In this document: positions 6,886 to 13,069 of the stretch, piece by piece
How the letters are laid out: every line of letters begins with the position of its first letter
Numbering within the stretch: position 1 is the stretch's first letter
From: Candidatus Eiseniibacteriota bacterium
GTDB lineage: Bacteria; ARS69
Direction of reading: 5' to 3'
Assembly (NCBI GenBank): GCA_052390515.1
Contig: JBQTGV010000025.1
Span: forward strand, 1 to 13,069
DNA: 13,069 nt
Translations under genes and position numbers: made by a program
Notes under the pieces: generated by a model
The model's input: the letters and a program-made list of their open reading frames with translations, nothing else
The model's database searches: none
What the model was told of the DNA's origin: nothing

Positions 6886-6894
6886 ATCTTAGCA
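6886..6894 (-). promoter_or_regulatory. Extended -10 element, suggesting a leaderless or near-leaderless GT4 transcript
   Basis: TG-C-TAAGAT lies 8 nt upstream of the GT4 ATG, with no Shine-Dalgarno and no recognisable -35. Confidence 0.5.
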
Positions 6895-7004
6895 CCCCGC
6901 TGACATCACCCGCGCCGGCGGATTCCCGCTGGCTGGAGTGAGCCCGGACCGTTACCCTTCACCGCGCCAATCGCCGGTCCCGAGCCATCCGGCGGCCACA
7001 GACT

Positions 7005-7010
7005 AAGGAG
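7005..7010 (+). promoter_or_regulatory. Ribosome-binding site of the OmpA-family gene
   Basis: AAGGAG 6 nt upstream of the ATG at 7017. Confidence 0.85.
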
Positions 7011-7016
7011 CTCGAG

Positions 7017-8342
7017 ATGAATCGATCCCCCCTGGCACTCTTCGGGACGGCCCTCGCGATCATCGTGACGGCCGTCGTCATCGCATCCCCTGCTCTGGCC
7101 GACCGGCCGACGGCCGAGGTCGGCGTCCTCGGCGGTCTCGTCTTCCCCGACGACGTGCTGATCGGCCACGGTACCGACGCCGATGACGTCACGGTCGGAT
7201 TCGGTCTGAACGGGAACTGGTTCCTGCACGACAACTGGGCGATCTACGCCGACGGCCTTTACACGCCCGCCGGGGGCGCGCGCTTCGGCGACGTGACCGT
7301 TCGGGCGCTGCGCGTGGGCCCGCGGCTCTTCCTGCCGTCGGCGGGCGACCGCGTGCAGTTCTTCCTGAGCCCTGGGATCGGCTGGATGAGCGTCGATCTC
7401 GACGACGCGGACTCCATCAGCCGTCCGTTCCTCTCCGCCGGCTTCGGGCAGCGCTACCTCATCGGCCAGCGGCTCACCGCGCATTGGGAGCTTCGCGGCG
7501 ACGTCACGGCCACCGACAAGGACGATGACGTAGTCGAGCAGTCCATCAGCCAGGGCCATGCCCTCGTTGGGCTATCCTGGAGGTTCGGTGGTGTCTCGAC
7601 CGACGGCGACGCCGACCGGGACGGCGTTCGCGACAGCAGGGACGCGTGCCCGGACACGCCTCGCGGGGCGAAGGTGGACGCGAACGGCTGTCCGCTCGAC
7701 ACCGACGGCGACGGCGTCTGGGACGGGCTCGACCAGTGCCCGGGCACGCCCGCGGGCGCGCGCGTCGACTCCCGCGGCTGCTCGGACTCGGACGGTGACG
7801 GCGTCACCGACGACAAGGACCGCTGCCCGGACACGCCTGCCGGCTGGCCGGTGGATTCGTTCGGTTGCCCGCTCGACACCGACGGCGACGGCGTCGCCGA
7901 CGGCGCGGACGAGTGCCCGAACACGCCGCGCGGCACCGAAGTGGACGCCAAGGGCTGCCCGAAGGTCGCTCAGCTCTTCGAGGTGGACGAGAAGGGACAG
8001 ACGAAGGCGCTGATCCTGCAGGGCGTCAACTTCGAGTACAACAGCGCGAACCTCACCGCGGACTCCCGCGGGGTGCTGGATCGCGTGGCCGAGTCCCTCG
8101 TCGCGTGGCCCGACGTGCGCGTCGAGATCGGCGGCCACACCGATTCGGACGGGTCCGCCGAGTACAACCGTGATCTCTCGCAGCGGCGCTCGGATTCGGT
8201 GCGGGCGTATCTCGTCCAGGCCGGCGTCGGGGAGTCGCGCATGACGACGCGCGGCTACGGCGAGGAGTCGCCGATCGCGACGAACGGCACGCCGGAGGGT
8301 AAGGCGCAGAACCGCCGCGTCGAGCTGAAGAAGATCGACTGA
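7017..8342 (+). CDS. OmpA/OprF-like outer membrane protein: beta-barrel, thrombospondin type-3 repeats and OmpA C-terminal peptidoglycan-binding domain (441 aa)
   Basis: Signal peptide ending ALA|D. Amphipathic beta-strands ending 'VGLSWRF'. Four Asp/Cys repeats. C-terminal motifs 'GVNFEYNSANL', 'VEIGGHTDSDG...YNRDLSQRR', 'GYGE..P' and 'QNRRVE'. Confidence 0.95.
   Translation: MNRSPLALFGTALAIIVTAVVIASPALADRPTAEVGVLGGLVFPDDVLIGHGTDADDVTVGFGLNGNWFLHDNWAIYADGLYTPAGGARFGDVTVRALRVGPRLFLPSAGDRVQFFLSPGIGWMSVDLDDADSISRPFLSAGFGQRYLIGQRLTAHWELRGDVTATDKDDDVVEQSISQGHALVGLSWRFGGVSTDGDADRDGVRDSRDACPDTPRGAKVDANGCPLDTDGDGVWDGLDQCPGTPAGARVDSRGCSDSDGDGVTDDKDRCPDTPAGWPVDSFGCPLDTDGDGVADGADECPNTPRGTEVDAKGCPKVAQLFEVDEKGQTKALILQGVNFEYNSANLTADSRGVLDRVAESLVAWPDVRVEIGGHTDSDGSAEYNRDLSQRRSDSVRAYLVQAGVGESRMTTRGYGEESPIATNGTPEGKAQNRRVELKKID
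7608..7961 (+). repeat. Four tandem ~29-30-aa thrombospondin type-3 (Ca-binding) coding repeats
   Basis: DxDxDGVxDxxDxCPxTPxGxxVDxxGC occurs four times. CCGCTCGACACCGACGGCGACGGCGTC recurs exactly in units 2 and 4. Confidence 0.9.
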
Positions 8343-8362
8343 CAGCGGGCGGCGAAGCCACG

Positions 8363-8397
8363 AGGCCGGTCCCGGTTTTCCGGGGCCGGCCTTTTTC
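8363..8397 (+). terminator. Rho-independent terminator after the OmpA-family gene
   Basis: AGGCCGGTCCCGG-TTTT-CCGGGGCCGGCCT forms a 13-bp stem with one U-G pair and runs into TTTTT. Confidence 0.85.
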
Positions 8398-8422
8398 TCC
8401 GCAAGCCGGAGGAGAGGCGACG

Positions 8423-10876
8423 ATGAGCGCCGCCTACGAGAAGCTGGGGGTCTTCTATCTCGGTCGGACCGTGAATCCGGCCGGCGAGGGCGCCGAGCCG
8501 CTGCTCTACGACAGCAAGGACCTCGTGACCCACGCGGTCTGCGTGGGCATGACCGGCAGCGGCAAGACCGGGCTGGGCATCGGGCTGCTGGAGGAAGCCG
8601 CCCTCGACGGCATCCCGGCCATCGCCATCGATCCCAAGGGCGATCTCGGGAACCTGCTGCTCACGTTTCCGGATCTCTCGCCCGCGGACTTTCGCCCCTG
8701 GATCGACGAGGCCGAGGCGGCACGTCTGGGAATGACGTCGGACGCGCTCGCGGCGAACCGGGCCGAGGCGTGGAAGAAGGGCCTGGCCGAGTGGGACCAG
8801 GACGCGGACCGGATCCGTCGCTTCCGCGATTCCACCGGAGCGGTCATCTACACGCCGGGCAGCGACGCCGGCATCCCGCTGCGTGTGCTGCGCTCCTTCG
8901 CCGCGCCGCCCCCCGCGGTGCGGGAGGACGCCGAGCACTTCCGCGAATGCGTGTCGGCCGCCGCCTCCGGGTTGCTGTGCCTGGCAGGCATCGACGCCGA
9001 TCCGGTGACGGGGCGCGAGCACATCCTCCTCGCGAACATCCTCGACCGCGCCTGGCGTGAAGGCGAGGACCTGGATCTGGCGGGCGTGATCCGCAGGATC
9101 CAGAACCCGCCCTTCACCGAGGTCGGCGTCTTCGATCTCGAGTCGTTCTTCCCTGCGAACGAGCGCTTCGCGCTGGCGATGGCGGTGAACCACCTGCTCG
9201 CCTCGCCGGGTTTCGCGGCGTGGATGGAGGGCGAAGCGCTGGACGCCGGGCGACTGCTCTTCGGCCCGGACGGGAAGCCGCGGCTGTCCGTCGTGTCCAT
9301 CGCCCACCTCGGCGAGCGCGAGCGCATGTTCCTCGTGACGATGCTGCTGAACGAGGTCGTGTCGTGGATGCGCTCGCAGCCGGGCACGGGAAGCCTCCGC
9401 GCGATCCTGTACATGGACGAGGTGTTCGGCTATCTCCCGCCGACCGCGAATCCGCCGTCCAAGACGCCGCTGCTCACTCTCCTGAAGCAGGCGCGCGCGT
9501 ACGGCGTCGGAGTCGTGCTCGCGACGCAGAACCCGGTCGACCTGGACTACAAGGCGCTGTCCAACGCGGGCACGTGGTTCCTCGGACGCCTGCAGACCGA
9601 GCGCGACAAGCTGCGCGTGCTGGACGGGCTGGAGGGTGCGTCCGCAGCGGGCGGGCGCGCGTTCGACCGCGCCGGAATGGAGAGGCTGCTCTCCGGTCTC
9701 GGGAGCCGCGTCTTTCTGATGAACGACGTGCACGACGACGCGCCGGTGCTCTTCAAGACGCGATGGACGCTCTCGTACCTCGGCGGTCCGCTCACGCGGG
9801 CGCAGATCGGGCGCCTCATGGCGGGGAGGAAGGCGGCGGCCGGCGGCGTACCCGCTACGGTGACCCCGACCGCGGCGACGGCGGCGGCCGGCGGCGAACG
9901 GCCGGCTCTCCCGCCCGGCATTCCGGAGACGTTCCTCGAGCCCGCCGGCGGCGCCGGAAGCGGAGCGCCGGTCTATCGGCCCGCGCTGCTCGGCCGCGCG
10001 AAGCTGCACTGGGCGTCCGCCGCAGCCGGCGTCGACGAGTGGAAGGACATCGCGCTCCTGTCGCTGTTGCTGGACGGCGTGGAAGAGGATCCCTGGGCGT
10101 CGGCCGAGGAGCTTCCGCCGGGGGCCTCGCTCGGCTCCGCGCCCGTCGAGCCGTGCCGCTTCGCCGATGTTCCAGCGAAGGCCCGCGCCGCCGCCTCGTA
10201 CTCGGCGTGGGCGAAGGCACTCGCCGCGCACCTCTATCAGGACCGGCCTGTCGTGCTGCGGCGCTCCCCTGATCTCCGCCTGACCTCGCGGCCCGGCGAG
10301 GCCGAGGGCGACTTCCGCGCGCGACTCTCTCTGGTTCTCCGGGAGCGCCGCGACGACGCCGTCGCGAAGCTGCGGCAGCGCTACGAGCCGAAGGTGGCGC
10401 AGCTCCAGGAGCGGATCCGTACCGCGGGGCAGCGCGTCGAGCGAGAGAGCGCGCAGAAGAGCCAGCAGCAGCTCTCCACCGCGGTGGCCGTGGGCGCCAC
10501 CGTGCTCGGCGCGCTCTTCGGCCGGAAGAAGCTCTCCGTCGGGACCGTCGGGCGCGCCTCCACGGCGATGCGCAGCGCCGGCCGCGCTCAGCAGGAGGCC
10601 GGTGACGTACAGCGCGCCGAGGAATCCCTCGAAGCGACGCGACAGCGGCTCGCCGCGCTGGAGGAGGAGGTCCGCTCCGAGGTGGCGAAGCTCGAGGGCG
10701 GCGTGGACGCGTCCGCGCTCCCGCTCGAGGAGGTCGTCGTGCGCGCGAAGAAGACCGATCTCGTCGTCCAGCCGGTCGCGCTGGCCTGGACGCCATGGCG
10801 CGCCGGTGCGGAGGGAGCGCTCGTGCCCGACTTCACCCGGGCTTCCGGCGACGACCCGCGTTCCGCCTCCACGTGA
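8423..10876 (+). CDS. HerA/FtsK/VirB4-superfamily P-loop ATPase (DUF87/DUF853-like) with C-terminal coiled coil (817 aa)
   Basis: Walker A GMTGSGKT (8546-8569), 'IDPKGD', Walker B 'LYMDE' and the HerA-type 'LLKQARAYGVGVVLATQNP' motif. GGAGGAGAGG RBS upstream. Confidence 0.88.
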   Translation: MSAAYEKLGVFYLGRTVNPAGEGAEPLLYDSKDLVTHAVCVGMTGSGKTGLGIGLLEEAALDGIPAIAIDPKGDLGNLLLTFPDLSPADFRPWIDEAEAARLGMTSDALAANRAEAWKKGLAEWDQDADRIRRFRDSTGAVIYTPGSDAGIPLRVLRSFAAPPPAVREDAEHFRECVSAAASGLLCLAGIDADPVTGREHILLANILDRAWREGEDLDLAGVIRRIQNPPFTEVGVFDLESFFPANERFALAMAVNHLLASPGFAAWMEGEALDAGRLLFGPDGKPRLSVVSIAHLGERERMFLVTMLLNEVVSWMRSQPGTGSLRAILYMDEVFGYLPPTANPPSKTPLLTLLKQARAYGVGVVLATQNPVDLDYKALSNAGTWFLGRLQTERDKLRVLDGLEGASAAGGRAFDRAGMERLLSGLGSRVFLMNDVHDDAPVLFKTRWTLSYLGGPLTRAQIGRLMAGRKAAAGGVPATVTPTAATAAAGGERPALPPGIPETFLEPAGGAGSGAPVYRPALLGRAKLHWASAAAGVDEWKDIALLSLLLDGVEEDPWASAEELPPGASLGSAPVEPCRFADVPAKARAAASYSAWAKALAAHLYQDRPVVLRRSPDLRLTSRPGEAEGDFRARLSLVLRERRDDAVAKLRQRYEPKVAQLQERIRTAGQRVERESAQKSQQQLSTAVAVGATVLGALFGRKKLSVGTVGRASTAMRSAGRAQQEAGDVQRAEESLEATRQRLAALEEEVRSEVAKLEGGVDASALPLEEVVVRAKKTDLVVQPVALAWTPWRAGAEGALVPDFTRASGDDPRSAST

Positions 10877-10881
10877 GCGGC

Positions 10882-13069
10882 ATGGCCCTGACGCCCGGGG
10901 CGCGCCTGGCCCACTACGAGATCCTCGCCGTCCTCGGGGCCGGTGGCATGGGCGAGGTGTACCGCGCGCGGGACACGCGTCTCGGCCGCGACGTCGCCGT
11001 GAAGGTGCTGCCCGACGCCGTGGCGGCGGATCCCGAGCGCCTCGCCCGATTCGAGCGAGAGGCCCGGGCCGTCGCCGCGCTGAGCCATCCCAACATCGTG
11101 GTGGTCCACTCCATCGAGGAGGGCGGCGGCCTCCATTTCCTGACCATGGAGTTCGTGGACGGCCAGACGCTGGACGCGCTGATCGTTCCCGGTGGGCTGC
11201 CGTTCGAGCGGGTTCTCGGGCTCGTCGTCCCGCTCGCCGAGGCGATGGCCACGGCCCACGAGCACGGAATCGTGCACCGCGACCTCAAGCCACAGAACGT
11301 CATGGTGACGCGCGACGGTCGCGTGAAGGTCCTCGACTTCGGTCTCGCCAAGCTGGCCGCGGCCGATGATCCGGATCCAGGCGCCAGCGGTGTCAGCGCG
11401 GCGCCCACCGTCGCCGCGAACACGAGATGGGGACAGGTGGTCGGGACCGTCCCGTACATGGCTCCGGAGCAGCTCCGCGGCGAAGCGGTCGACGCCAGGG
11501 CCGACCTCTTCGCCCTGGGCATCATCGCCTACGAGCTGGCCACGGGGCGATCGCCCTTCACCGGCGCGACGCGCGCGGACCGCACCTCGTCCATCCTGCG
11601 CGACGCTCCGGATCCGATCACGAGTCATCGCTCGGACCTTCCCGGCGGTCTCGACCGGATCGTGGGGCGCTGTCTCGAGAAGGACCCGCACCGGCGATTC
11701 GAGGCCGCGCGCGAGGTCGCCGCGGAGCTGCGCGGCTTGCAGGCGGCACCGGGCAGGGCGGGCGACGAAGGCGACGCCGTCGTCCGCTCCCTCGCCGTGC
11801 TACCGCTGGAGAACGTTTCCCGCGATCCGGCGCAGGAGTACTTCGCCGTCGGGATGACCGAAGCGCTCATCTCCGACCTCGCGCGGCTGCCCGATCTGCG
11901 CGTGATCTCCCGCACCAGCGCGATGAAGTACAAGGGCGTGCACCGGGCGCTGCCCGAAATCGCGCGCGAGCTGAACGTCGACGCCATCATCGAGGGCACG
12001 GCGCTTCTGGTCGGCAAGCGCGTGCGTATCCACGTGCAGCTCGTGTCCGCGCGGCGCGACGAGACTCTGTGGAGCGATCGATACGACCGTGACCTCGAGG
12101 ACGTGCTGGATCTGCAGAGCAGCGTGGCCGAGGCGGTCGCGCGGGAGATCGCGCTGCGCCTCCCCGCGCGCGACACGCGGCGCCTGGCGCGGCGGCAGGA
12201 GGTGAACCCGGAGGCGCACGTCGAATACCTCAAGGGCCTGCACACCGCGGCCGCGACGTCGCCCGAGGCGATCGACCTCTCCCTCAAGCACTTCCAGCGG
12301 GCGCTGGAGCTGGATCCGACGTTCGCGCCCGCCTGGGCCGGTGTCGCCGAGTGCCACTACACCCGCGCCGGCCGTGGAATGGCGCCGCCGGCCGAGGCGC
12401 GGGAACTCGCCCGGGCCGCGGCGATGAAGGCGCTGCACTTGGACGAAGCGCTCGCGGACGCCCATGTCGTGCTGGGCGCGCTCGCCGCCCGCGAGCTGGA
12501 CTTCGCGGGGGCGATTCGCTGGCTCCGGAGGGCCGTCGAGCTGAACCCGGGGCTGTCTTCTGCCCACTACACGCTCGGGCGAATCTACTACTGCAGCGAG
12601 CGCCACGCCGAGGCGGAAGCGGCGATGCTCGAGGCCCTGAGCCTCGACCCTCTCTCGATGATCATCCATACGGCCGTCGGCGACGCGTACTACTACGCTC
12701 GCGAGTACGAGAAGTCGGTGGCGTACTACCGCAAGGCCATCCGCCTCGATCCGCGCTTCGACGGCGCGCACACCGATCTCGCGCGCTCGCTGGAGGCGCT
12801 CGGCCGCTTCGACGAGGCCCGCGCGGAGTACGAGGAGGGACGGCGGCTGGCGGGCACCGTCGCCGGCCCGTCGTTCGGCCTGGCGCACCTGGAGATCAGC
12901 CGGGGCAACCCGGACGCGGCGCGTCGCATGCTCGCCGAGCTGACCGCGGCGCGCTCGCAGCGCGTCGTGTCCGCGTGGGGAATCGCCGTGCTGCATGCCA
13001 GCCTCGGGGAGGCGGACGAGGCCTTCCGCTGGCTCGAGGCCGCCATGGACGAGGGCGCGAGCGGGCTCA
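10882..13069 (+). CDS. Hanks-type Ser/Thr protein kinase with TolB-like domain and TPR repeats (partial, at least 729 aa, 3' end outside window)
   Basis: Hand translation from the ATG at 10882 gives GAGGMGEVY, VAVK, HPNIV, HRDLKPQN, DFG, GTVPYMAPE and DLFALG. These are followed by 'SLAVLPLEN...EYFAVGMTEALISDL' (TolB-like) and TPRs ('FQRALELDP', 'AVELNP', 'AIRLDP'). The frame stays open to the window end, so it is absent from the ORF track. Confidence 0.95.
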   Translation, partial: MALTPGARLAHYEILAVLGAGGMGEVYRARDTRLGRDVAVKVLPDAVAADPERLARFEREARAVAALSHPNIVVVHSIEEGGGLHFLTMEFVDGQTLDALIVPGGLPFERVLGLVVPLAEAMATAHEHGIVHRDLKPQNVMVTRDGRVKVLDFGLAKLAAADDPDPGASGVSAAPTVAANTRWGQVVGTVPYMAPEQLRGEAVDARADLFALGIIAYELATGRSPFTGATRADRTSSILRDAPDPITSHRSDLPGGLDRIVGRCLEKDPHRRFEAAREVAAELRGLQAAPGRAGDEGDAVVRSLAVLPLENVSRDPAQEYFAVGMTEALISDLARLPDLRVISRTSAMKYKGVHRALPEIARELNVDAIIEGTALLVGKRVRIHVQLVSARRDETLWSDRYDRDLEDVLDLQSSVAEAVAREIALRLPARDTRRLARRQEVNPEAHVEYLKGLHTAAATSPEAIDLSLKHFQRALELDPTFAPAWAGVAECHYTRAGRGMAPPAEARELARAAAMKALHLDEALADAHVVLGALAARELDFAGAIRWLRRAVELNPGLSSAHYTLGRIYYCSERHAEAEAAMLEALSLDPLSMIIHTAVGDAYYYAREYEKSVAYYRKAIRLDPRFDGAHTDLARSLEALGRFDEARAEYEEGRRLAGTVAGPSFGLAHLEISRGNPDAARRMLAELTAARSQRVVSAWGIAVLHASLGEADEAFRWLEAAMDEGASGL

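Noticed and set aside
7608-7961. Possible CRISPR-like or non-coding tandem repeat
   Set aside because: The repeats are in-frame, degenerate coding repeats (TSP3) with no unique spacers and no cas genes.
8423-13069. HerA ATPase plus kinase as an anti-phage defence system
   Set aside because: No nuclease, Sir2 or other effector and no defence-island context are visible, and codon usage looks native.

Overview
A GC-rich (roughly 70% by eye) window from a Gram-negative bacterium with two divergent gene blocks. The minus strand, in transcription order, carries a GT4 glycosyltransferase and an FKBP-type PPIase, then a ~355-bp intergenic region with a good sigma70-like promoter. Next come a small secreted protein translationally coupled to an 811-aa TPR-like/sigma54-activator (bEBP) fusion, an intrinsic terminator, a PNPOx-like flavoprotein and a MATE exporter. 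The plus strand carries an OmpA-family protein with thrombospondin type-3 repeats, a terminator, a HerA/FtsK-like ATPase, and a Ser/Thr kinase-TolB-like-TPR protein that runs off the window end and is missing from the supplied ORF track. The best candidate for a novel system is the self-contained promoter, signal-peptide ORF, TPR-bEBP, terminator cassette. Its logic resembles RRNPP-type peptide signalling but with a sigma54 output; this is inference and is untested. No rRNA, tRNA, CRISPR array or transposase was recognised.
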